A program made the position numbers and the translations under genes. A stretch of 63,235 nucleotides of DNA, counting the filler, from Octopus bimaculoides (lineage: Eukaryota): NCBI RefSeq assembly GCF_001194135.2. It is 6 parts of 5 records of this genome, joined end to end, with 100 filler letters (N's around TTAATTAATTAA, not from the genome) between each part and the next. Parts side by side here need not be neighbours in the genome. Positions count along the whole stretch, not along the records: positions 23,840 to 44,018 come from NC_068981.1; positions 44,119 to 52,506 come from NC_068981.1; 4 more parts are not named here. One strand, given 5' to 3'. Below, in pieces: positions 38,501 to 51,586 of the stretch; positions within the stretch are counted from its first letter, which is position 1, and every line of letters begins with the position of its first letter. The notes under the pieces are model-generated. The model was given only the letters and a program-made list of their open reading frames with translations, was not told the origin of the DNA and ran no database searches.

Positions 38501-39718
38501 TCACGCCACTGTGCTGAAACTTGGTTTAGGAATGCTAGAATTTAGAAACACTTGTACATTATAAACTACTCCTAAGATGGTTGGCAACGGACGAAGCCTT
38601 CCGTATCACTGTGTTCATAAAAGCGTAAATGTTATGATTGTGATTCAATTACCTGTGTTACACTTATCTTTTAAGTACTCACAACAACAACAATAATAAT
38701 GCGTAAGTTTTTCAGAAACATTTTGTTTGTATTTCTCATAGGACAGTTTGTTAGTGGGTGTATTCTACCGGGATCAGAATACAGATGTTTCATATATAAT
38801 ATAACAGATAGTTATCAATTATAAATTGATAAAGATCTCACCTACCCGGAATGGTAGGTGAAGAGTTGGCAACATTGCATATCGTTAAAAATGGTTTAAC
38901 TGCTTTGCATCGCACTCGGTTGATAAAAGGCATTCAAAGTTCATTCTATTAAAGCAGACTCTTCCATTTTCGATCGGGTTTTCCCCTGCTTTTCTCATTT
39001 ACAAAAAAAAAACTCTTTTTAATCTGTTCTATCTCCGTTTCCTTCCTATTCACTCTCTCATTTATATGTCTATGATCAGTCATTCTTTCTCATATTTGTC
39101 TATACTCGGTTACTCTTCCTGGTATTATCTTTCTTGTTTTCATTTCTTTATCTCTTTTTTCCGAATCTGTTTTCCCTTCTCGCCTGCGTTCCTTTCTTTT
39201 TCTTCGCTTCCTCGTTTATTTTTCTAACACCCATCACCTCTCTCTGATTTTACTTATCACCACCATTGTCAATATAGGGTTTCACTATCATTTTTATATT
39301 AGATAATCTCCTACAGTCCCTTTTGCTTCCAGCTCCTCTTTTCTTTATCTTTTTGAAGTTGCGTTAATTTTTTTTTCTTTCTTCTTTATCTCTTCCTAGT
39401 TTTATCTTTTCATCTTAGATTCTTTTTGGAACATCCAGAATTAGTTCGAAAAAAAAATGTCACTTGTTCCCACGAGGTTTCTGATAGAGGAACGGTTATG
39501 TTCTATTTTTATTAATACACACAACCATATACAAATCGCGGATATGCCATAACTGCCGGGTTTTGCATTGACTTAATGTTATACTCCTCTCCTATACAGT
39601 CTCAGAACTCAAAAACCTGGTTACACAGCCATATTTAAAACATATTTCTAACCAACGACGGAGCCTTAAAGTAGGCGTTTAACCTGCTAGAAATACAAGC
39701 GCAGACTCAAAAGGAAAC

Positions 39719-39856
39719 ATGCGTCCATTGCCCATTTTTACCTGAAATAAAGGAGGAATGATCTTAGCTTGAATACCTTTGATAAAAATGCGTCCATTGC
39801 CCATTTTTACCTGAAATAAAGGAGGAATGATCTTAGCTTGAATACCTTTGATAAAA
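39719..39856. repeat. Exact 69-bp tandem duplication
   Basis: ATGCGTCCATTGCCC...GAATACCTTTGATAAAA begins at 39719 and 39788. Confidence 0.95.
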
Positions 39857-39929
39857 GGTCTACTCAAACAAGGTTGACCTGGGGCTAAACAACATCAACA
39901 CCAATTTAAACATTTCTTTATTTCCTGGT

Positions 39930-40150
39930 GACTAGTGGCCTAGTGGTTAGGGTGCTGCAGTCACGAACGTAAAGTTGTGGTTTCGATTCTCGGACCGGAA
40001 GGTGCGTTGTGTTCTTGAGCAAAGCACTTCATTTCATGTTGCTCCAGTCCAGTCAGCTATAAATGAGTAACCCTGCGACGCATTGGCGTCCCGTTTAAGG
40101 GGATTATTCTGATCTTGGTCATTTATACGTCATGGAAACCAGGTAACTGG
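39930..40150 (+). mobile_element. tRNA-derived SINE with Meta/V-like domains
   Basis: GTGGCCTAGTGGTTAGGG A-box, GGTTTCGATTC B-box, TTGTGTTCTTGAGCAAAGCACTT and CCCTGCGACGCATTGGCGTCCCG; related copy on - at about 23930-24165. Confidence 0.7.
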
Positions 40151-40747
40151 CTGTATAAGTCCCAGAACGCAAGGGGTAGTAATGTCCAGATGTTGATGAA
40201 GACGATAATGTTAACGGTAAATAAAAGTAAAGTAACAGGTAAGCATTTGGTGTTTTGGTTTCAGTTTCTTTTTGAATCCATTCACTATTGTACTGAGGCC
40301 AGTAATACCGTTGTGAATAGCAGGAACATTACAATTCTATTTCGCCTTCTCTTAGAATGCAAAGCCTCTGTACATCGTCATGAAATAACTTCGTGTTGAC
40401 TACTTGAATAGTGCCTTTTGTAAAATGTGTTCTTCCACCTTACCCTGAACGATGAGGAAAGCCTTTATGTCGTTGCTCAACTTGCTAGTTAGAGAAGTTA
40501 TATCACCAATTACACCCTACCGCCTAAAAAAAAGAAAAGAATACATTGGATAATGATGTCCTGTAGACACTATTTTTTATCTTTTACGTGTTTCAGTCAT
40601 TAGACCGTGGCCATGTTGGGATTACCATCTTGAAGGGTTTAGTCGAACAAAGCTACCCCAGTACTTATTTTCAAGTCTGGTACTTGATTTGTATTACCAA
40701 ACTGCATCGGCCTGAGAAGTGGTGGTGACAAGCACAATAACACACAC

Positions 40748-40781
<34 letters not shown>

Positions 40782-42084
40782 CCTATGTAGCAGGTATATA
40801 AACAGGGTAAATTTAACAATTTCTCCTTAGATTAGAACCAACGATAACAGACTTAACCGATTTTCTAAACTTATTGGGATCTCATCAGCGGTGTCTACAT
40901 TATTCTGACAAATCTCAGAGAAATAAGTTAACTAATCTCTTTATATATTCAACAAATCCTGTAGCTACAGAGAACCGGGGCTACTAATTGGCATATCATT
41001 AGCGTTTAATATTATTTAATATCAGGGGCCTAGGTGTGGTTGTGTGGTAAGAAGTTTACCTCCCAACCTCATGGTCCTGGGTTCAGTCCCACAGCGTGGC
41101 ACCTCGAGGAAGTGTCTTCTACCATAGCCCAAGGTTGACAAATGCCTTGTAGCGGATTTGGTAGATGGAAACTGAAAGCAACCCCGTATGTGTGTGTGTG
41201 TTTGTGTTTGTTTCTTCCCTCCCCTACCGCTTGACAACGGAAGAAATTCACCAAAGTGGCACGCAAGAGGACTGAACCTGAAGTCATATGGTTGCAAAGT
41301 GAGCTTCTTAACCACATTGCCATGCCTGCGATCTATGTCTAAATCTCAAAGACAAAACAGTTGCAGCTTGGAACACTGTTGATCATAGCTCTGTTTAGAA
41401 GAAGATCGACACGTGGCTAAACAACAGCAACAGCAATAAAAATAAAACAAACAAGCAAATATACAAACTACAACATCAAAAACAACAGCATCGAAGCAAG
41501 AATACTCTTCGTGTTGTCATTCGGCGTGTCAGTCCGGGCCAAACTTCAGCGTCTCTTTCTCATTCAATAAATGTACATTTCCGTACAATGTTTATGTGGT
41601 GTCGTTATGCTGTTAGCTTACTATTACGGCAGTAGTCAACGCCAGACTCTTACGCCTCTATAGTCTTTGTGTTAACAGATAATTAACAAAAAAAAGAAAC
41701 GAATATAATTTACCCCACTTTCTCATATTTACCAAGAACATTTTTTTTTTCAGATTTCAAGTTTTTATTTTCTCTTAGTTTTGAATTCTACTGCTATAAA
41801 TCTATTGAACTAACATATCGTATCGCAGTGAAGTTTGACATCAGCGCTGCAATGTATTCAAAGCTAAAACACTTCACTTTTAATTACCTCAAACTATGCT
41901 GTAAGAAGTGCCATAGATGAGGAGGGCTCATTAATGAAAAAACAAACAAACAAAAAATGTTGAGAAGTACTGTATGTAGAGTGAGTGCTTTATTAGTTTA
42001 AAATATCAAGTGCAAATAGCGCACAATAGGTACAGTTTGGAAACGGATGAAGCTGACTTCTATCTAGATGCATTTTATATAGAC

Positions 42085-42945
42085 CAGAAGTGGAGAAATC
42101 CCCGCCCGCGGGGAAAAATGTGCCGCAGGCTGGTATACTCGTATGCACAACATATAGTAAAGTTTTCAATTATAAAATTTATACAATATTCGTATGTCTA
42201 TTTGCGATTATATGTCGCGTTTCCATAACGACTTAAAACGGTCAGACACGAACAGAAATCATCCGGTAATCGCCATTTGAATGGAAATTTTGTTTTCACT
42301 ATAAAACACATATTGCTAGGTTTGTACCCCACATCCTTAAGACCCAACATCACTCTAGCTGAAAAATATACAATACATCATAAGTAAAATAAACGTCTTA
42401 AAACTGGCAGAATCGTTAGCACACCGGGCGAAATGCTTAGCGGTATTTCGACTGCCATTACGTTCTGAGTTCAAATTCCGCCGAGGTCGCCTTTACCGTT
42501 CATCCTTTTGGGGTCGATTAAATAAGTACCAGTTACGCACTGGGGTCGATGTAATCGACTTAATCTCTTTGTTTGCCCCCTCTATGTTTANNNNNNNNNN
42601 NNNNNNNNNNNNNNNNNNNNNNNNNNNNNNNNNNNNNNNNNNNNNNNNNNNNNNNNNNNNNNNNNNNNNNNNNNNNNNNNNNNNNNNNNNNNNNNNNNNN
42701 NNNNNNNNNNCCCCCCCCCCCGCTGTGGGCAATAAAGAAATAAATATAAACGTCCTAAATTCAGTGGCGGCGTTAATGAAGATGTTACGCGTTAATTTAA
42801 CGTCTTAAACTTATCTTGACTAATGTATGTCTAATTATATATACAAGATTTACACGGATATACGAGTTAGAACTTGCGATCTGCCCATGGACCTTTTTCT
42901 TTATAAATTTTTGCCCGCCGCAACTAAAAAGATTCCCCACCCCTG
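42085..42945. mobile_element. Non-autonomous hAT element with a nested SINE
   Basis: Imperfect TIRs CAGAAGTGGAGAA / TTCCCCACCCCTG; 8-bp flanks ATATAGAC (42077-84) and ATGTAGAC (42946-53). Confidence 0.75.
42403..42748 (+). mobile_element. SINE family C, gap-interrupted, inside the hAT element
   Basis: CTGGCAGAATCGTTAGCACACCGGGCGAAATGCTTAGCGG...GTGGGCAATAAAGAAATAA; matches the 24667 copy. Confidence 0.85.
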
Positions 42946-43518
42946 ATGTAGACCAATGATTCTCAATCATTTTTTTTTTTCCTTGTTGACCTTTTTGATT
43001 CCTATTTTATCCGAATGGATTTTCGTAGCCATATGATGTTTAAACAGTCATTTTATTATTTTTTTTATAATTAAATATTATTAGGAATTGTGTTAAAAAA
43101 ATTGTCAAAATATTGTGCGTCTTGTCGAAGTATAACCAATTTTTCTTCACAAACTTTAACAACAAAATCTTGTATGAACCCTCAAGGGCTGTATGAACCC
43201 CCAAGCGCCATATGAACCCCTAAGGGGTCTCAAACGAAAGCGACCCACTTTCAGTTATACTGCCTATTGCGTTCACTCTTTTACTTGTTTCAGTTAAAGG
43301 ACTGCGGCCATGCTTGAGTTTCGCCCAATCAAATTAACTCCAGTACTTAAATTTAAGCCTGATACTTATTTTTTCGGTCTCTGTTTTGCCGAACTGCTAT
43401 ATTGCAGTGAAGTAAACAAATTAACACAGGTTATCAACACACATTTATTAACAAACGGCAGAAGTTAGAGTAACTCACGGGCTGAGAGTTTCGTGTATTG
43501 GCACTTATCAGATATGTA

Positions 43519-43552
<34 letters not shown>

Positions 43553-43663
43553 CACAAGATGTTCGGGCTAAATTTGACGGTTTTTTATGTCTATATATGT
43601 GACAACAGGAGTTCCTTGTCATACCACCGGTAAGAGTCAGAAGTGGTTGTCGGAGAATTTCAA

Positions 43664-43996
43664 CGGTTTCGATTCCCAGACCGGGCGTTGTGAGTGTTCA
43701 TTGAGCGAAAACACCTAACGTTCCACGAGGCTCCGGCAGGGGATGGTGGCGAACCCTGCTCTACTCTTCCACCACAACTTTCTCTCTACTCTTACTTCCT
43801 GTTTCTGTTGTGCCTGTAATTCAATGGGTCAGCCTTGTCACACTGTGTCACGCTGAATATCCCCCGAGAACTACGTTAAGGGTACACGTGTCTGTGGCGT
43901 GCTCAGCCATTTGCACGTTAATTTCACGAGCAGGCTGTTCCGTTGATTGGATCAACTGGAACCCTCGACGTCGTAAGCGACGGAGTGCCAACAACA
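43664..43996 (+). mobile_element. SINE family A, 5'-truncated
   Basis: Starts at the B-box GGTTTCGATTCCCAGACC and continues to GTGCCAACAACA. Confidence 0.88.
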
Positions 43997-44018
43997 GAAG
44001 CTGAGGGTGGTTACTTTG

Positions 44019-44118
44019 NNNNNNNNNNNNNNNNNNNNNNNNNNNNNNNNNNNNNNNNNNNNTTAATTAATTAANNNNNNNNNNNNNNNNNNNNNNNNNN
44101 NNNNNNNNNNNNNNNNNN
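44019..44118. other. Artificial 100-bp join
   Basis: Spacer at 44063-74. Confidence 0.95.
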
Positions 44119-44198
44119 CCCAAGGCACATAGAGCTGCGCTCGGTAGTGAAGTGAAAGCACGTTATAAAAATAAAACTACAGAACAATAATAATAATG

Positions 44199-44272
<74 letters not shown>

Positions 44273-44419
44273 TACAACAACCACAATAACGGCAGCAGCA
44301 GCAATATTTTCATGTGAGTTTATATATAATAAACACGTTGAAGAGCATAATGGAAGTGCAGCAACTATTGATGCAACAACGTGAAATCAATAGCAGAGCA
44401 AAATCCATTTGAACAATTT

Positions 44420-44962
44420 TCTAATGGGTGGAAACAAAACTTACTGCATGGAAAATATGTGGTCCGTAGCAAACATAGTGATGTAGGTATACACATTCGT
44501 GCCTACTGAGCTCAGAGCTAAAGGCAGAGAGTGAAGGCTTTACCTTGGCTGCTCAAGATCAGAGCTTATTTACCCAAAACTATTAAGCCAATGTGACAAA
44601 AAATGGTATAGAGCCAAAGATCCGATATTACGACGATGGAATAGAAAAAATGGACCACCTAATCTCTGGGTGTAAGGCTTTATTACATGTAGAGTACAAA
44701 TCAAGGCATTAGAGTGTTGACCCATAACTACATTATATAATGTGTCGGCATTGTAAAATCAAAACAGCTGAGAAATTATACAAGGACCACCCTGAGGTTG
44801 TAACTGAGCGAGAAAATGAAACGATTCTTTGGGACTTACCACTACGTGCAGACCGGACCATCTAAGCTAATAAGCCATATATTGTTGTGAAAGACCAAAA
44901 CAACAAAGTCTTCTTATTTATTGTCATGAACATACCATCTGACAATAATATCTCGGCAAAAG
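44420..44962 (+). mobile_element. R4/Dong-like LINE ORF relic (CCHC knuckle and start of RLE)
   Basis: Degenerate frames: WKQNLLHGKY, LKAESEGFTLAAQDQSLFTQNY, DHLISGCKALLHVEYKSRH, TILWDLPLRADRTI*ANKPYIVVKDQNNK...IPSDNNISAK. Confidence 0.85.
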
Positions 44963-45774
44963 ATGTGGCATGTCATAGCAGTGATTGTAGGAGTGCTTGG
45001 AATGATAAAAAAAAGGGACTGAAAATTGTTTAAGAATGATCACTGGCTTACCGTCCATGCAGGAAGTGCAAAAGGTTCTCTTAACAGGTACGTCACATTT
45101 ACTAAGAAATGCATTGATTGCTGTGGATTTTCTTTCCCTCATCCCCTTTTCTATTGTTTCCCCTTTTCTTTGATTTTCTTCTTTTTCTCTATCATATGTC
45201 TTTGTAAATGAACAATCCGGGGTGTTTATTTTCATCGCCTATCAATGTATACAGTACGTTTCTCTGCCCTAAGTGCCAGGAAAACACTCGGCAAGGATGG
45301 AAACAGAATTGAAAGACGATAATGGGGAACATCATAGCCAAGTGTTAAGAGGAATTTTCTTGAGTTTTGGAGGAATCACCTCTGGAAACATGAGTGTTTC
45401 ATTCAACATCCTTAAACAACCTTTACTCAAGGACCATTTGAGTGGAATGGGCTACTCAACCTGAACAAAATTCTAATTGGGCCTCACCTGCAAGGTCATG
45501 CGCTGCTTATCTTGATATGAGATCACTATTTCGCGTACATATTGTTGTGATGCGTGTGCCTGGAGCACCCTTATCAGATGTGTAGTCATGATGGGTATAC
45601 TGGGTTTCATATATTTTAACCCAGTGTCACTTTGACGGCATGCTCTGCTCTCTCAACAACAACAACAACAAAAATAAAACTAATAATAATCGAAAATGAT
45701 AAATCAAAGATCTTATGGCATTTTATGATTTACTGCGCACACGAAATAGAGAATAGGAAACTAGACATAGTGTT

Positions 45775-46052
45775 AATTGGAAAGAAAGCAAACGATGCTG
45801 GATCATAGATATAGCATGCCCAACTGACAACAAGGTATACGATAAGGAAGACAGAAAAGTCGACAGATATGACAGGTGAGGTTGAGAGGTTAAGCAGTTG
45901 TGGTCGAATAAAAAGCTGTTAGTAGTACCAATAATTGTGAGAGCCCTGGGAGCAGTGAGTAAAATCTTCAGAAGTGCATCGAACAAATAGAGGTTTCAAT
46001 AAGGGTGGAGCATTTTCAGAAAATAGCACTACTTGGAACCACTCGAATACTT
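45775..46052 (+). mobile_element. Second R4/Dong-like RLE C-terminal relic
   Basis: KRCWIIDIACPTDNKVYDKEDRKVDRYD...LWSNKKLLVVPIIVRALGAVSK...VEHFQKIALLGTTRIL, with stops and a frameshift. Confidence 0.8.
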
Positions 46053-46966
46053 GTATGATGTGGTTGTGGTCTATATGTATTTTCAATTTCTTCTTTATTC
46101 ACCAAACACGTGAATACTCCGACTTAAATTTGACATAATTGTGAAAAATTCCCTTCGAATGCTAAACACTTGACTTAAAATAAAGAAATATATAAAATCT
46201 CGGAAGCTCACATTGGATTAATGGTAATTGATATCATAATATTGACTCATTTCATGTCACATATATTTATGTTTAGCAAATCTCCACTCCTGATGTTTGC
46301 ACATGCAATTATCTGCTAATATGCAGCTTCCAAAATATTAGATGTTGTACTTCTTTGCTTCACTATGCATGACCATTCATCAAATATTGCACGTTATACA
46401 TACATTCAATTATTTTTATTGATACCGCTAGCGACACGATGTTAAATTTGATGGAAAATGCAAACAAACACGAGCTACTATGATTATTTTTTAATTCGTT
46501 TGTTTTCAATGAGAAAGTTGTGCCAATAATTTTCGCTAGTTCTCCCATGCGAAACGTATGAGATTGATGCCGATAACGTTCCAGTAAAATTGACAACGAC
46601 AGGAACGCTACATACACGAAGGAAATATACTGTCGACATTTTCACAAGAAAAAATGTAGCGCATTTGTTACCGGAATATTTGCAGTGTTCCAAGCAACAT
46701 AGGTGATGTGAGAAATAACGGAAGATTTATGTATGCTAGGTAGACGGATATTCATCCTCATCTTCTTTGTTGTTAACACAACGTTTCCAGCCTTCATCAG
46801 GTGTCTTGGGGAAATTTCGAAACTGGGTTCTCATTCCTAGGGTATGTTTTTCGATGTTGCTATTATTATTATTATTATTATCATTATAGAAGTCACTGCC
46901 TGGAATTGAATTCGGAATCATAGAGTTAGTAGCCTACTCTCTTAATCACTACGCCATAAGCTTGTG

Positions 46967-47011
46967 GGCACCTGATGAAGGTTGGGGGTATATCAGCCGA
47001 AACGTTGTGTT
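46967..47011 (+). ncRNA. Minimal type I hammerhead-ribozyme-like motif with intact core
   Basis: GGCAC | CTGATGA A | GGTTG-9 nt loop-CAGCC | GAA | ACGT palindrome | T | GTGTT. Stems I and II pair (with G-U); predicted cleavage after GUU at 47006. Confidence 0.7.
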
Positions 47012-47737
47012 AACAACAAACACGATGAGGACAAAAATTTGTCAAATATGAATAATGTAAATAATGTACAAAAGAATATATGTGCAGTTTATACTGTTTG
47101 AAGAATCCTCCAATCTGGAAACAATAGTGATTAGTACAAATAAAGAGTTGTTTTTGCCTAAGATATATTAGTGTCCATAAATGAACACAGCAATGGCATA
47201 TACAACGTAATTCATTCCAATAAATATCATGGCCAAATTACATTTCTTACGTCGTGCGTAAACCAGATCTTCTGTGTTATTTAAGAGATGACAAGGAACG
47301 ATTTTAAATACTTTCTTTCAATGATGTTTTGATGTTAATTACTGATGTTGCTAAGATTACAGCTTCCCCTCCTCTTGCCCCTCTACTACTCTTCCTCCTC
47401 TTTCTCCGTCCCCTCCGCCTCACACTACTTCTTCTACTACTACTGCTACTACTACTAATCAGTTACGTAAATATACAGGTTCTGAATCAGAATAAGTTTT
47501 CCTTGAGAGTAAACTGTTCAAGGCAGAAATAGATTTCAAACATTCTTCGTATGATCCCTGATGTTCGAAGCAATGTGGCTTGGAATACGAGCTGCAGCGC
47601 CTCCAGGCTACTTTTGAGTAGTAACATGTCTCTCTGGAATTTGAGGCGAGTAGCGAGTAATTCGAACGCGTCTGTTTGTGCTATACTTGCCTCCTTTAAT
47701 TTCAATATCATTTTCAGGTCTTAGTCGATTGTACATT

Positions 47738-48104
47738 CCTTTACTCTTTTACTTGTTTCAGTCAATTGACTGCCGCCATGCTGGAGCACCGCCTTAAGTC
47801 GAACAAATCGACCCTAGGACTTATTCTTTATAAGCCTAGTAAATATTCTTTCGAACTCTTTTGCCGAATCGCTAAGTTACGGGGATGTAAACACACCACC
47901 ATCTGTTATCAAATGATGTGGGGGATAAATACAAACACACAAAAAATATATATATATTTACGACGAGCTTCTTTCAGTTTCCGTCTATCAAATCCACTCA
48001 CAAGGCTTTATTCGACCCGTGGTTACAGTAGAAGACAGCTGTCCAAGAGTTCACGCAGTGGAACTGGATCCGGAACTATTTAACACACAGCCACTTCTGC
48101 GCCT
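47738..48104 (-). mobile_element. SINE family B
   Basis: Reverse complement from tail to head (…CACACAGCCACTTCTGCGCC). Confidence 0.8.
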
Positions 48105-48129
48105 ATATTTATTTTCTTTTCCTAAATAT

Positions 48130-50830
48130 TTTCTATATTCTTGCTTCTGTTCTTAGAGATTCCTATGTCAATAACGCCCTGCTTTGTATCTTCCTTGTAT
48201 GTTCTAATATATGGTTGCTTTTTTATGAACATACTTAAGCCTCAACTATTTTTCATTATTTTCCGTAGCTGTGTGTTACATACTGTAACATCTCAATATT
48301 ACGCCCATCTTTCTAGTACAGTCTTTCATGGAGGATCATGGCCATATATCTTAGCTTATATCAAATTTGTATTATCTTTGAAAATTCTATTACATGGAAA
48401 ATTTACACTTCCTTTGAGAGATCTTTCTGATTGATAATGTTCTGAAGTCAATTTGTGCCATGAGTTTGATATTGTGTTGTAAATATGAGTCTACCTTTTT
48501 CTTTCTCACAATCTTGTAAACACTTCCAAAATAGGATATAAATAACTTCTGTTTTTTTCTGTATCAATTTTAATTTTTGCATGTAATGTATTCTGTTATT
48601 ATTTTCTTGCCACAATTTCTCTCTTTATTCTTACCTCATTTTTTTCTCACTTCCACGTATGGTTTCCCGTTTTGCAGTAGGCCATTTTACATAAATGCGA
48701 ATAATATTTTCTCGTCGATTTTCTAATATGCATGGTTAACTTCACTTTCTGACTCAGTTAGGCTTAACAAATTTCCACCTCCCACCATCTTCTTTCAGAT
48801 AATTAGCATTTGCTCTACACCACTCACCCTGTGGGTGGTACTTCTAGTTCCTTGCTAAGATTTTTTTCCTATTTTAATTACTACAATTCTCTTTCTGCAG
48901 CTTAAAAGTGATGATACCAATCAATTTATAAATCTTTACGGTGTTGTTGTTATTGGACTTTGATAAGGCCACTGTTTTGATGTGTCTGTAGTATTGGTTT
49001 AGACGATATATTTCATGTTGGTATAAATTATTTCCTCTACTTCCAATATACCGCGGTTTATCTATCATTTATTTGTGTCATCCTCCTCTGTAATCTTTTC
49101 AGAGATCAACTCCATTTCAGCTCTCCTTACTATCTTTCTACGTTTCTATATCTAATGACTACATTTCTTTACTCTTAATTCTATCTTTATATTTGTAGCT
49201 AAAATTCTCATTACATTTGTCAGGCTTTCTAATCTTTTTTTCATTATTTCTATAGAGTTTCACATAATCCATAAAAAAAGGTATGATTTATTTTCGTTTC
49301 TTTTCACTTCCCCCAACACTATCCATCGTTTTATTTAGAAAGGTTTCTTCCTTTAAGTCCGCCAAGCTTTCCACCCGTGTAAGCTGTTTTTCTTTTTCCA
49401 TGATTCATGCTCTCTGAGAATATGTTGAGAACTTTATCTGCTATTCTACACATAGAGTAATTGTTGTCCAAAAATGAGGTATCACCTGAAAAGACATACG
49501 ATAATTTGTCCACCAAACTTTTTCCGCATATAATTATTTCGCATTCCAAAGTAGTTAATGAGTAGTTCTTTTGTCATTTTTGCCTCTTTTCAACAGTCAT
49601 TTTGTTCTTCGAAGTAGCTATTTCTTTCTTTCAGGATGGTTGTTAATTCATTCTGAAATAATTCCAGTAAAAATATTCCGCATTAGAAGAAAATATATGA
49701 TACGTCGTGTGACATGCTATATCGAATGTAATCCATTTACAAATACTTACATTTTCCATGAATACATTAGAAGTAATTGCAATCCAGGAGTACAATCTTT
49801 AAGTTATTTCGTCCCACGTCCTTGAACCTCATCTCTTGCAGGAATATTTCAATTGGCTAACATTCCATTATTTTATTTTTCATTTTTACTACTACTTAAT
49901 AAATATTTCCTTGCTTTAAAGTATGATTTTTTACAACATCTTCCTTTTTTGATTCAACGTTTTCAATGTACATTTGCACGTTTTACCAAATATTAGTTCA
50001 GTATTTTCTCGTTCTCACATTCCCAGTGATGATGTGTCTCCTGTTTCTTTATGGTACTATATTTTGTCTGTGTAACGTTTTACTCTGGCACCTTTGTTTT
50101 TTTCAAATTCTCAATAACTGTCTTCAAGGCATTTTATCTGATATTATATAAACGTCGCTCTCGGCCCTATTGGCTATTTCTCTATACGTTACCATTTTCT
50201 TGAACAATTCGACCCCATACTTCGCTAGTAGAATTGATTTTTGTTCTTTACTCCATTTGTTCGAATTTTTAAACCAAACATGTTTTTCCACCACAAAGGA
50301 AATAAACTGCAATGAACATGTCAGTTCTATGCTTATTGCGTAAATTTATGATAATACTTCCAGCACATATTTTGATATCACTGCAGTTCTTATACGGTTT
50401 AAATTTCATATATTTTGTCATTGTGATGAAGATAATTCTCTCATCTAAATTATTTTAGATGTTGTTGTATTCTTCATTTAACTTTATGTGGTCAGATGAG
50501 TCTGGGGTTTTCTTTATGCTGGTATCATTTTCAATATCGTTAACTTCTACATCGTTTGTTTCACCAACATCAAAATTATGGACTTCCACATTTTTCACAA
50601 TTACCTCTTGCTCATTTACTGGAATTGCATCCAAATTTCTTCTAAGGAGAGAATTATCAAATCTTTCTTCACTTAATTTGTCATATGTGGTCATACATTT
50701 TTTTACATTTATCTGACAACCCCGGTACTAATTTCACATTGTAAATATTTGACTATGATATCTTTTTCCTCCGGGTGAATTTCGTACTCGCATTTCATTG
50801 CATAAATCTTGTCGTCCACGTTTCATTTAT
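48130..50830 (-). mobile_element. Heavily decayed L1/Tx1-like LINE
   Basis: A-rich minus strand with short broken ORFs and weak motifs: IFLQEMRF (about 49840), CEIIICG (about 49530) and TEVIYILFWKC (about 48530). Would require internal deletions. Confidence 0.35.
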
Positions 50831-50861
50831 TTCGTATTTTCACTGAATGAATAAAAAAGGG

Positions 50862-50905
<44 letters not shown>

Positions 50906-51474
50906 NNNNNNNNNNNNNNNNNNNNNNNNNNNNNNNNNNNNNNNNNNNNNNNNNNNNNNNNNNNNNNNNNNNNNNNNNNNNNNNNNNNNNNNNNNNNNNN
51001 NNNNNNNNNNNNNNNNNNNNNNNNNNNNNNNNNNNNNNNNNNNNNNNNNNNNNNNNNNNNNNNNNNNNNNNNNNNNNNNNNNNNNNNNNNNNNNNNNNNN
51101 NNNNNNNNNNNNNNNNNNNNNNNNNNNNNNNNNNNNNNNNNNNNNNNNNNNNNNNNNNNNNNNNNNNNNNNNNNNNNNNNNNNNNNNNNNNNNNNNNNNN
51201 NNNNNNNNNNNNNNNNNNNNNNNNNNNNNNNNNNNNNNNNNNNNNNNNNNNNNNNNNNNNNNNNNNNNNNNNNNNNNNNNNNNNNNNNNNNNNNNNNNNN
51301 NNNNNNNNNNNNNNNNNNNNNNNNNNNNNNNNNNNNNNNNNNNNNNNNNNNNNNNNNNNNNNNNNNNNNNNNNNNNNNNNNNNNNNNNNNNNNNNNNNNN
51401 NNNNNNNNNNNNNNNNNNNNNNNNNNNNNNNNNNNNNNNNNNNNNNNNNNNNNNNNNNNNNNNNNNNNNNNNNN

Positions 51475-51516
<42 letters not shown>

Positions 51517-51528
51517 GAGAGGAGGGAT

Positions 51529-51586
<58 letters not shown>

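Noticed and set aside
38742-38853. Exon-like segment with good acceptor and donor (DSLLVGVFYRDQNTDVSYII*QIVINYKLIKISPTRN)
   Set aside because: Stops in all three frames; rescue by double A-to-I editing of TAA is unsupported speculation.
46179-46230. NKEIYKISEAHIGLM resembles the missing pepM first-exon motif (DLEFIMEAHNGLS)
   Set aside because: In-frame TAA just upstream, M and N of MEAHNG replaced, no SARIVxEAG continuation or phase-1 donor, and it is in another assembly block; best explained by chance.
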